Source of the DNA: Polycladomyces zharkentensis
GTDB taxonomy: Bacteria > Bacillota > Bacilli > Thermoactinomycetales > JIR-001
Assembly (NCBI RefSeq): GCF_016938855.1
Contig: NZ_JAFHAP010000018.1
Coordinates: 9,825 to 33,824 of the forward strand
Reading direction: 5' to 3'
DNA: 24,000 nt
Positions 15,718 to 23,852 of the stretch are shown in pieces; the stretch's first letter is position 1; every line of letters starts with the position of its first letter. A model generated the notes under the pieces. The model was given only the letters and a program-made list of their open reading frames with translations. It did no database searches and was not told the origin of the DNA. The position numbers and the translations under genes were made by a program.

Positions 15718-17144
15718 GGCCGCTCACCTCGTTTACGCCGATTTTCAAACCACTCGCGAAAGGTTTCCCGTTCGGGGGAGGGAAGGTCACGAATCGATGT
15801 CCACGGTTGGAGCGGTCCGGGACCTTGACGGATGACGCCATCCTCCTCCCAGGGGAGAAGAGCGGTCCGTGCCAGTTTGGTTCCCCACCGGTACAGGCGG
15901 GGTGATTCGGCCACCATGCCGAACGCCTTCATCGCCAAACGCTCGCCGAGCGGCGATTGCCTTTTCTCTTCGGCCGTTTTTTGCCGGTGTCGGATCAACA
16001 GATCGTGCAACGGAATGTTCACCGGGCATGCTTCCGTACATGCGGCACACAAACTGGACGCGTAGGGCAGTTCCCGGTATAGATCCTCGCCGCCCAACAA
16101 TGGTGAAAGCACGGCACCGATCGGACCGGAGTAGATGGACCCGTAGGCTTGCCCGCCGATGTGGCGGTAGACGGGACATACGTTGAGGCAGGCACCGCAT
16201 CGGATACATTGGAGCACACTTTGGAATTCGGTGCCCAGGATGTCGGATCGCCCGTTGTCGATGATCACCAAATGAAACTCTTCCGGACCGTCTACGTCAC
16301 CAGCCGCTTTGGGTCCGGTCAGACAGTTGATGTAGCTGGTCAGCTTCTGGCCGACGGCGCTGCGGCACAGCAATCCCACCATCACCTCCAGCTCCTCCCA
16401 AGTGGGTACGATCCGCTCCATCCCCATCACTGCGATGTGGACGGGCGGCAGGGAGGTGACGAGCCGGCCGTTTCCTTCATTGGTGACCAAACAGACGGTC
16501 CCCGATTCGGCAACGGCGAAGTTGCACCCGGTGATCCCCACTTCCGCGGTCAAAAAATCGGGACGAAGTTGCTGACGGACGAACGCGGTCATTTCTTCCG
16601 GCTCAGCGGAACCGGTATATCCCAGTTTCTCCGCAAACACCCGGCGAATCCGCTCACGGTCCTTGTGAACGGAGGGTCCCACGATGTGGGAGGGGGGATC
16701 ATGGTCATCCACTTGCAGGATGTATTCCCCCAGATCCGTTTCCACCACCCGGCAGCCGATCGCTTCAAGGACATCGTTCAGGCTGATCTCTTCCGTCACC
16801 ATCGACTTCGATTTGACGATGCGGCGGGCATCTCTTTTTTGCACGACATCCCGGATGTAGGAGGTTGCTTCCTCCGCCGTTTGTGCGAAAAAGACATGTC
16901 CCCCGAGCGCATGTACCCGGTCGCTCAATTGCTCAAGGTAATAATCCAAGTGTTCCAGGGTGTGACGACGAATCTCTTCACCCAGCCGCCGCCATTCTTC
17001 CCAATCACCCAATTCCTCGGCGGCACGCAGGCGGCTTGTCCGCATGCGTTCCTGTGCGGCACGGACCGCGCTCCGCATGAATTGGTCCCGAATGCCTTTG
17101 TCCACTCGCCGGTAGAAAACGACATCCCCAAATTGAATTCCCAT
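15714..17144 (-). CDS. lutB: lactate utilization iron-sulfur protein LutB
   Basis: The 476-aa protein has two 4Fe-4S ferredoxin-type Cys clusters ([13 protein letters not shown] and [10 protein letters not shown]). It aligns closely by eye with my recollection of the Bacillus LutB sequence ([30 protein letters not shown]). Confidence 0.95.
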   Translation of the reverse strand: MGIQFGDVVFYRRVDKGIRDQFMRSAVRAAQERMRTSRLRAAEELGDWEEWRRLGEEIRRHTLEHLDYYLEQLSDRVHALGGHVFFAQTAEEATSYIRDVVQKRDARRIVKSKSMVTEEISLNDVLEAIGCRVVETDLGEYILQVDDHDPPSHIVGPSVHKDRERIRRVFAEKLGYTGSAEPEEMTAFVRQQLRPDFLTAEVGITGCNFAVAESGTVCLVTNEGNGRLVTSLPPVHIAVMGMERIVPTWEELEVMVGLLCRSAVGQKLTSYINCLTGPKAAGDVDGPEEFHLVIIDNGRSDILGTEFQSVLQCIRCGACLNVCPVYRHIGGQAYGSIYSGPIGAVLSPLLGGEDLYRELPYASSLCAACTEACPVNIPLHDLLIRHRQKTAEEKRQSPLGERLAMKAFGMVAESPRLYRWGTKLARTALLPWEEDGVIRQGPGPLQPWTSIRDLPSPERETFREWFENRRKRGERP

Positions 17145-17885
17145 TTAGCTCCCCTCCTTCTCCAGGCCGGACTGCAACACCTGCGCAATGTGCATGACCC
17201 GAATCGGTTTTCCCTGCCGGCGAATCCGACCACCCATGTGCATCAGGCATCCGCAATCAGCTCCGATCAGGACCTCGGCGTCCGTTTCTTCGATGTGCAC
17301 TACTTTTTCGTCGACCATCTGTTGGGAGATGGGTGCCATTTTTACGGAAAAGGTGCCGCCGAATCCGCAGCAGTCGTGCGCGCAGGGCAGTTCGGCCAGC
17401 GACAGTCCCTTGACGTTGGCCAACAGCTTCATCGGTGCATCTTTCACCCCGAGCAGGCGGGTCATGTGACAGGAACGATGGTAGGTGGCTTTGGCGGGAA
17501 GTGTTGCATTGACATCTTCCACTCCCAGGATTTCTGTCAAAAATTGTGTTAATTCATAACATTTTTCCGCCAATGCGCGTGCTTTTTCCTGCCACTCCCA
17601 TTCGTCCTCTCCTGAAAAGAGATGAACATATTCCTTCAACATGGCTGTGCAGGAACCCGAAGGGGCCACCACATAATCGGCGTGGGCAAATGTCTCGATC
17701 ATGTGGCGGGCGGCTTTTTTCGCTTCACGATGATACCCGCTGTTGAACGCGGGTTGGCCGCAACAAGTTTGTGCGACGGGGAAATCCACCTCACAGCCGA
17801 GCCGTTCCAACAGTTCCACCGTGGCTTGTCCGACTTCCGGATAAAACAGATCGGCCAAACACGTGATGAACAACGACACTTTCAC
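17145..17885 (-). CDS. lutA: lactate utilization (Fe-S) oxidoreductase LutA
   Basis: It has CCG-domain motifs ([20 protein letters not shown]). The likely start is GTG 17885 (VKVSLFITC, matching my recollection of MKVSLFVTC in Bacillus LutA), with a GAGGAG RBS upstream. The ORF track's start at 17897 abuts that RBS. Confidence 0.92.
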   Translation of the reverse strand: MKVSLFITCLADLFYPEVGQATVELLERLGCEVDFPVAQTCCGQPAFNSGYHREAKKAARHMIETFAHADYVVAPSGSCTAMLKEYVHLFSGEDEWEWQEKARALAEKCYELTQFLTEILGVEDVNATLPAKATYHRSCHMTRLLGVKDAPMKLLANVKGLSLAELPCAHDCCGFGGTFSVKMAPISQQMVDEKVVHIEETDAEVLIGADCGCLMHMGGRIRRQGKPIRVMHIAQVLQSGLEKEGS

Positions 17886-17961
17886 GGAAATCCCCACTCC
17901 TCTCCCTGTTCATCAGGTCATCAGATGATTGTGTAAAAACGCGACGCAAAGGAACCTTGTG

Positions 17962-18678
17962 TCACTCCTGTTCCCCCATTCGTCCTGACAACAGTTGTTC
18001 CACCCCGTTGAGATGATCCAGCATCCGCAAGCGCGCTTGCTCGGCATCTTGGGCTGCAATCGCATCGTAAATGGCGCGATGTTCACGGTTCAATCGTTCG
18101 GCGATGGACCGTTCGGCAAAGAGGCCTTGTTGACGTGCTTCCTGCATGGCAGTGATGATGATTTCCGAGACGCTGTTCAACAGGTTGACCAGCATGTGGT
18201 TTCGTGCCGCTTGGGCGATGGCCAGATGAAAAGTCCAGTCCAGTTGTTCCCCGCGGGTATGATCATGTACATACAATTCCATCTGGTCCAGAATGTACCG
18301 GAATCGCTCGAGATCTTCCTCCGTCCGGCGACGGGCGGCAAAAACGGCAGAACCGGTCTCCAGCAACCGACGGATTTCAAAAAGTTGACGCACGTCTTCG
18401 CGGTTCATCAGCAGGGCATGCGACAACGTGGAGGATAAAGCGCGCGGATCGTACTGCCGCACATAGGTTCCTTCTCCCTGCCTCATTTCGATCAGCCCCA
18501 TGGCCTTGAGGGCGCTCAGTGCTTCCCGGATCGCCGAACGGCTGACTCGAAAGGATTCTGCCAGTTGTTCCACCGAAGACAGTTTGTCTCCGGGTTTGAG
18601 CGATCCATTCTTGATTTGTTGGATCAACTGATCCGCCACTTGTTCGTAGATCTTTTTCTTGTGAATCTGTTGATACAT
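17962..18678 (-). CDS. lutR: GntR/FadR-family transcriptional regulator, LutR-like
   Basis: It has an N-terminal GntR wHTH (GDKLSSVEQLAESFRVSRSAIREALSALKAMGLIEMRQGEGTYV) and an FCD-type C-terminal domain. It sits directly upstream of lutABC. ATG 18678 is preceded by GGAGTGGAG. Confidence 0.85.
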   Translation of the reverse strand: MYQQIHKKKIYEQVADQLIQQIKNGSLKPGDKLSSVEQLAESFRVSRSAIREALSALKAMGLIEMRQGEGTYVRQYDPRALSSTLSHALLMNREDVRQLFEIRRLLETGSAVFAARRRTEEDLERFRYILDQMELYVHDHTRGEQLDWTFHLAIAQAARNHMLVNLLNSVSEIIITAMQEARQQGLFAERSIAERLNREHRAIYDAIAAQDAEQARLRMLDHLNGVEQLLSGRMGEQE

Positions 18679-18838
18679 GGTCTCCACTCCTGATGACATC
18701 ACCGGATACGCTTGAGTGCGTGTCTGATTCCCTCCCGGTCCGCATGCTTGCCGTATAGAGAGAATCTCTGTGTGGGAAAAGGCTGCCTTTCCTTTCGATC
18801 CCTTTCAAAACGCTGAAGGTCGCGTTCATATCAGGGCA

Positions 18839-19063
18839 TGTCCGGTAAATCCGTGTACGAGCCAATGCTTTCCCGGGTGAGCGAAGACTTGAGTCCGGCC
18901 GAGCGAAGAAGCGGAACGCGCAGGATGGAATCGCGGGCAACTTCCTCCGGTGAAGCGTACATTGCCCGCGTCCCGCACTCCGGGTCGAAGCGGCCATCAC
19001 CTGCTTCCTTGCAGGGTGCAGGTGAAGCGAGCCGGAAAAGCATTTGGACGTATTCACCGGTCA
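18839..19063 (-). ncRNA. structured intergenic element, copy B (candidate cis-regulatory RNA; class unknown)
   Basis: It is a paralog of 14700-14910 with the same helices (18998-19024, 18976-18992, 18918-18924 with 18972-18978, and 18932-18940 with 18962-18970). It also has an extended 15-bp helix, 18862-18876 with 19032-19047. Confidence 0.5.
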
Positions 19064-19074
19064 GTCAATTGGCC

Positions 19075-19144
19075 GGGTGACCATTTTCTCCCCTTGGCTT
19101 TTGTCTCACGTCTTCAAAGGGTCACTGACGGAAAATGGTCACCC
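19075..19144. repeat. 14-bp perfect inverted repeat downstream of the aldo/keto reductase gene
   Basis: GGGTGACCATTTTC (19075-19088) pairs with GAAAATGGTCACCC (19131-19144), with a 42-nt loop. Confidence 0.6.
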
Positions 19145-19151
19145 TGATCGG

Positions 19152-20183
19152 TCACACTCTCGTGGTCGGCTTGTTTTGTGATTGATTCTGTAATTGCGAA
19201 CGCGACGGTGGGCCGAAACTTTCCCCCGACGGTACGGGATCGGTTACCTTTTCCCGAAGCATGCGGTCAATGCGCGTCAGATCTTCCGCGGTCAGCTCCC
19301 ATCCCATCACGCCGTCCGCTTCTTTCAGTTGTTCCGGACGACGGGCTCCCCACAGCGCGACCGAGACGCCCGTTTGTTGCAAAGCCCAGCGTACGGCCAA
19401 CTGCGTGACGGTTTTTCCTTTTTCCTCAGCCAGTTTTTTCAGCTCGTCAACGGCTGCCAGATACTGACGGAAACGCTCTCCTTGAAACATGGGGCTGCGA
19501 TGGCGAAAGTCGTCTTGCGGGAATGTGGTGTCCGGCGTAAATTTTCCGGTCAGCAGCCCGTGTGCCAGCGTGCCCCAGGTCAGGGTGCCGATTTGATGCT
19601 CCGCGCAGTAACGGAAGGTGGTGTCAAGCTCCTCCGTCTGGAACAAATTCAATCTCGGCTGGTTGCTGTGTAATGGTGCGGTTTGCCTCCAAACATCCAT
19701 TTGCTCAGGCGAATAGTTGCTGACGCCGATCGCACGGATTTTGCCGTCCTGATACAATCGGTGCAACGCTTCGGCCGTTTCCTCGATCGGAACGTCGGGG
19801 TCGGGCCAGTGCACTTGATACAGATCGATATAATCCGTGCGGAGCCGGCGCAGGCTGTCCTCCGCTTCCCGGAAAACGCGATCGCGGGATGAATTGCGCC
19901 AGACCCGCCCTTGATCATTCCACTCCAAACCGACTTTGGTGGCGATGATCACCCGATCCCGTCCGTGTTCGGCCACGGCTTCACCAACGATCTCTTCCGA
20001 CAGGCCCATACCGTACACGGGGGCGGTGTCGATCAGGTTAATCCCTTGATCCAAGGCATGGCGGATCGCTCGTACCGCTTGGGCACGATCCGTGCCTCCC
20101 CATCCCCAACCGCCGATCGCCCAGGTTCCCAGGCCGATCCGCGACACGTTCAAATCGGATGTACCGAGTCGGATATATTCCAT
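19152..20183 (-). CDS. aldo/keto reductase (YhdN/IolS-like)
   Basis: MEYIRLGTSDLNVSRIGLGTWAIGG..., LIDTAPVYG and YIDLYQVHWPD are typical AKR motifs. GGGAGG lies 7 nt upstream of ATG 20183. Confidence 0.9.
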   Translation of the reverse strand: MEYIRLGTSDLNVSRIGLGTWAIGGWGWGGTDRAQAVRAIRHALDQGINLIDTAPVYGMGLSEEIVGEAVAEHGRDRVIIATKVGLEWNDQGRVWRNSSRDRVFREAEDSLRRLRTDYIDLYQVHWPDPDVPIEETAEALHRLYQDGKIRAIGVSNYSPEQMDVWRQTAPLHSNQPRLNLFQTEELDTTFRYCAEHQIGTLTWGTLAHGLLTGKFTPDTTFPQDDFRHRSPMFQGERFRQYLAAVDELKKLAEEKGKTVTQLAVRWALQQTGVSVALWGARRPEQLKEADGVMGWELTAEDLTRIDRMLREKVTDPVPSGESFGPPSRSQLQNQSQNKPTTRV

Positions 20184-20365
20184 TTCATGACCTCCCGTTA
20201 CCGGATTATTTCTATTGTCTTGTATCGAGCGTCCGCTCGTCAAGGATGTCAGCGCTTTCAAAACTAATATTTTCCTTCCCCGGTTTCACAGCCGGTTTGG
20301 CCGTTTTTCATCCCCCGTGATATAGTTAAAAAGGGAACAAATGTGTTCCGTTACGGAAGGAGAGG

Positions 20366-21187
20366 GTGGGATTGACCTTTTTGGATGTCGCTGTGGAAGC
20401 AGCCCGCCGCGCGGGTGCGTTGATCCGTGAAAAGGCGTACCAAACGAAACAAGTGAAACAGAAAACGTCCGCTTCCGACTTGGTAACCGAAGTGGACCAA
20501 CGTTCGGAAGAAATCATTCGGGACATCGTTTTGCGGCATTTTCCCGACCACGCCATCCTGGGAGAAGAGGGTGTGGCCGCGGGAGACAAAACCGTAGACG
20601 AAGTATGGGAAGAAAGCCGGCAACACGAATATGTCTGGATCGTCGATCCCATCGACGGCACCAGCAATTTCGTACACGGATTTCCCTTTTTCTGCGTGTC
20701 CATTGCACTGGCGAAGAATGGAGAAGCGATCACCGGCGTCGTCTACGATCCGATGCGGGATGAGCTGTTCACCGCGGAAAAAGGGAAGGGAGCGTATCTG
20801 AACGGACAGCCGATCCGTGTCTCGAGCGAGGAGACACTGGCTGAAAGCTTGATGGCGACAGGCTTTTCGTATGGGCAGAGAAGAGTCGAGCAGCAATTGC
20901 GCACATTGATGCGGACGGCTCCGCGTTTCCGGAGTCTTAGAAACGGGGGTGCCGCCGCTTTGCATCTGGCGTATATCGCCGCGGGGAGACTGACGGGATA
21001 TTGGGAGTTGGGGCTCAATCCGTGGGATCTGGCGGCAGGTGTCTTGCTGGTGAAAGAAGCGGGAGGCGAAGTGACCGACACCTGGGGAGGGCCGTTTGAT
21101 CTCACGGTGCGAAACATGTTGGCCACCAACGGAAAGGTGCACCGGGAAATGGTGGAGCTGTTGCGGGAAGCGCAGGCTGATATGTAA
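20366..21187 (+). CDS. inositol monophosphatase family protein
   Basis: It has the IMPase motifs ILGEE, WIVDPIDGTSNFVHG and WDLAAG. The start is GTG 20366 or, better spaced from the GGAAGGAGAGGG RBS, TTG 20372. Confidence 0.9.
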   Translation: MGLTFLDVAVEAARRAGALIREKAYQTKQVKQKTSASDLVTEVDQRSEEIIRDIVLRHFPDHAILGEEGVAAGDKTVDEVWEESRQHEYVWIVDPIDGTSNFVHGFPFFCVSIALAKNGEAITGVVYDPMRDELFTAEKGKGAYLNGQPIRVSSEETLAESLMATGFSYGQRRVEQQLRTLMRTAPRFRSLRNGGAAALHLAYIAAGRLTGYWELGLNPWDLAAGVLLVKEAGGEVTDTWGGPFDLTVRNMLATNGKVHREMVELLREAQADM

Positions 21188-21423
21188 CGTGACGGCAGTT
21201 GGTTGACAAAGTCGGGCGCAGATTTTCCGCCTTCGTTTTCCGCGCTCGCCGGGAAATTCGGCGCCGCCTGAAAGAGGGTGGTTTCCCCACGGGCAACCGT
21301 TGAGTGCGCGAAAGAGGAGAGAGGGAAAACGGCGCACCCGAAATCGTGAATGGTTTGATCCACTTTGTCAGCAGTCTGTGACGGTTACATACGCGAAATG
21401 CCGATAACAGGGAGGCGGATACA

Positions 21424-22848
21424 ATGACGATCGATTGGCAGAAAGAAGTGGAGTCCCGGAAAGACGAGCTGCTGGAGAAACTGAAGGCGTTTTTGTCCAT
21501 CGAAAGTGTGTTGGACCCGGATACTGCCGGAGAAGGCGCCCCGTTCGGCAAAGGGATCGATGAGGCGTTGACCTACATGCTGAAACTGGGGGAAGAAAAC
21601 GGATTTACCGTCAAAAACCTGGACGGATACGCCGGACATATCGAGTATGGTGAGGGAGAAGAGACGATCGGCGTTTTGTCCCATATCGATGTGGTGCCGG
21701 CGGGGGACGGCTGGACCACGCCGCCGTTTTCGCCCGACATTCGCGACGGCAAATTGTACGCCCGCGGTGCGATCGATGACAAAGGACCGACGATGGCCGC
21801 GTTTTTCGCCCTGAAGATCGTGAAGGAACTGGGCCTCCCGCTGTCCAAAAAGGTGCGCCTGATCCTGGGTACCGACGAGGAAACCTACTGGCGCTGCATG
21901 GATCACTATTTCAAACATGAGCCGATGCCGGTGATGGGCTTTACGCCCGATGCCGATTTCCCGTTGATCGTGGCGGAAAAAGGCTTCCTCGACATCTCCT
22001 TGCGCGGAGAAGTGCCGTCCGGCGAACCGGTCGCGGACGGGGAAGATACCTGGACGCTCGCTTCCTTTACCGCCGGACAACGGGTGAACATGGTGCCCGA
22101 TTTGGCCAAGGCCAAATTGGTGGGCGAAGGCGATGTGTTTGGCCTGAAGGAAAAGTATCAGGAATTTCTGCTCAGCCGCCGTATCCGGGGGTATGCCGAG
22201 GAAGCGGATGACCACCTGATGCTGGTGTTGGAGGGGGTATCGCATCACGGTTCCGAGCCGGACAAGGGGTTGAACGCCGCGCTGGAGCTGATCCGGTTCC
22301 TGAAGGAACAGGTGCGGTTGGATCAAGACGGTCAGCGTTATGTGGATTTCGCCCATCGTTATCTGGTGGACAGCTTCTTCGGTGAAAAGATGGGACTGGC
22401 GCAGTCGGATGACATCGTGGGCAAATTGACGGTCAATGCCGGTGTGTTCCACTATGAACGGGATGAATCCCCTTTGGTACGGATCAACGTGCGATACCCC
22501 ATTTCCGGGGATCATGAAGCGATTTTGCGGCAGATCGACGAATTGGTCGGTCCGTACGGGCTGCAGGTGAAAGAGGTGGATCACAAAGCGGCCCATGCCG
22601 TGGACAAAAAGCACGAGCTGGTACGCACGCTTTCCCGGGTGTATGAGGAGCAAACCGGGCAAAAAGCCGAATTGCTCGCCATCGGCGGCGGCACCTATGC
22701 CCGGGCATTGGAGGTCGGCGTGGCGTTCGGTCCGCTGTTCCCGGGGCGTGAAGAGACGGCACACCAGAAGGATGAGCACATCGTCGTGGACGATTTGCTG
22801 AAAGCGACGGCTATTTACGCGCAGGCGATTTACGAGTTGGCGAAGTGA
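21424..22848 (+). CDS. pepV: M20-family dipeptidase PepV
   Basis: The 474-aa protein has M20 metal-binding motifs (SHIDVVP, ARGAIDDKG, GTDEE). Its length and C-terminal pattern match PepV. GGGAGG lies 8 nt before ATG 21424. Confidence 0.9.
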   Translation: MTIDWQKEVESRKDELLEKLKAFLSIESVLDPDTAGEGAPFGKGIDEALTYMLKLGEENGFTVKNLDGYAGHIEYGEGEETIGVLSHIDVVPAGDGWTTPPFSPDIRDGKLYARGAIDDKGPTMAAFFALKIVKELGLPLSKKVRLILGTDEETYWRCMDHYFKHEPMPVMGFTPDADFPLIVAEKGFLDISLRGEVPSGEPVADGEDTWTLASFTAGQRVNMVPDLAKAKLVGEGDVFGLKEKYQEFLLSRRIRGYAEEADDHLMLVLEGVSHHGSEPDKGLNAALELIRFLKEQVRLDQDGQRYVDFAHRYLVDSFFGEKMGLAQSDDIVGKLTVNAGVFHYERDESPLVRINVRYPISGDHEAILRQIDELVGPYGLQVKEVDHKAAHAVDKKHELVRTLSRVYEEQTGQKAELLAIGGGTYARALEVGVAFGPLFPGREETAHQKDEHIVVDDLLKATAIYAQAIYELAK

Positions 22849-22959
22849 ATGGGGAAAAAGACATGTTATCAACTCCGTAAATGGAGTGTGTGGGGTTCCA
22901 TATCTCGTTGTATGCGGCCGGGCAAGATGCCATGGCAGGAGTGGGCAAAAGAAGAAAAA

Positions 22960-23265
22960 GCACACATCATCTTTCGGGGAATCGTTTATCAACCGGAGGT
23001 CAAACAGGATAACACTGCCTTCTACCAGGGACGTTGTCGAGTTGTAGGGCACTCAGGTGAGGTGGATCTAGTTTTTGTAAATGAGTTTCTGGCTGTTGTA
23101 AGGGAAGGAACATTGGTTGCGGCAACACCGGATATCATCGTGGCATTAAACGACGAAACGGGTAAACCGATTACCTCTGAGGACTTGTGTCCAGGACAAC
23201 AGGTCACAATCCTTTCACTCCCGGCAGATCACCGGTGGTACTCTAACGAAGGGATGAAGGTGTAG
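22960..23265 (+). pseudogene. C-terminal remnant of a DUF917-family protein
   Basis: The translation ...GEVDLVFVNEFLAVVREGTLVAATPDIIVALNDETGKPITSEDLCPGQQVTILSLPADHRW fits the DUF917 C-terminal pattern as I recall it (F.NE.L.A....LA..PDLI..LD.ETG.PITTE.L.YGQRV.V.G.PA). About 250 N-terminal residues and the extreme C-terminus are missing. Confidence 0.5.
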
Positions 23266-23304
23266 GCCCAGAAGTATGGGGATGGGAAAAAGGAAAAACG
23301 CCTG

Positions 23305-23565
23305 TTACTGTACCGGTTCAATTTCAACATTACTGTTTGGATCAGGGGTTATGATACCTTGACGGATGGCCAAACGCCGACCTAAATCCCAGACTGCGCG
23401 AAAAAGCGGAGAATTGTAGATTTCTTTGGTGATTGTATGGTTACCCTTCATAACCGGATTCGCGGGATTTTGAACCAGTTTTAGATATTGACTGTATGGC
23501 ATGTTGTTTTTATAGACCGTCATGCAGTCTTTATAAAAGGCAAACTCCTTATCTGTAAGGGACAA
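23305..23565 (-). CDS. small hypothetical protein (86 aa), possibly frameshifted at its 5' end
   Basis: The ORF starts at TTG 23565 with a weak AAAGGTGA RBS. A much stronger RBS, AAAGGAGGT (23623-23615), lies 8 nt before GTG 23606 and opens a 28-codon frame that differs by one nucleotide around the T-run at about 23566. Confidence 0.4.
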   Translation of the reverse strand: MSLTDKEFAFYKDCMTVYKNNMPYSQYLKLVQNPANPVMKGNHTITKEIYNSPLFRAVWDLGRRLAIRQGIITPDPNSNVEIEPVQ

Positions 23566-23633
23566 AGGAATTTTTCACCTTTACGGGTAACGTGGATATT
23601 GTGCACGTTTCAATACCTCCTTTGTATATAGCC

Positions 23634-23666
23634 AAAAACCCGGTTTCCTATGGGAACCGGGTTTTG
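23634..23666. terminator. bidirectional rho-independent terminator
   Basis: A 12-bp stem pairs AACCCGGTTTCC (23637-23648) with GGGAACCGGGTT (23652-23663), with one G-U pair. It is flanked by an A-run and a T-run. Confidence 0.8.
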
Positions 23667-23852
23667 GACTTTGATGCTCCCGCTAGGTAGTTTGGGGTTC
23701 TCCAAGCTGCTTAGGACGACGGCTCCCATCAATGATGCGTGCCTGGACTCCAGATGTGCCCGCATCTGGAGCCATTAGCCTAGGATTGACACCTACCTTG
23801 GGTAGTTAGGGCTTTTTTCCAGCTTTATTATATCGTATTGGATGCTAAACTT

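Noticed and set aside
16149-17552. A 467-aa ORF on the + strand
   Set aside because: It is entirely antisense to lutB and lutA, whose identities are unambiguous. The translation is low-complexity (rich in G, H, P, Q and R) with no recognisable motifs. It is a typical shadow ORF of a GC-rich gene.
14700-19063. The repeated element as a MITE or an integron attC-like site
   Set aside because: I found no target-site duplications at either copy. There are no attC core or inverse-core sequences (GTTRRRY/RYYYAAC). The copies are too diverged, and diverged in a structure-preserving way, for a recently active MITE. This is not fully excluded without a genome-wide copy census.
21268-21300. A T-box element upstream of pepV (AGGGTGGT word)
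   Set aside because: Only 8 nt resemble the T-box sequence (AGGGTGGTACCGCG). I found no Stem I or specifier features and no terminator/antiterminator pair.
20351-21363. ORFs of 328 aa and 206 aa on the - strand
   Set aside because: They are antisense to the IMPase-family gene and have no supporting signals.
21385-23052. A 555-aa ORF on the - strand
   Set aside because: It is antisense to pepV, which has clear M20 motifs. The translation is rich in H, Q, R and F with no motifs, so it is a shadow ORF.
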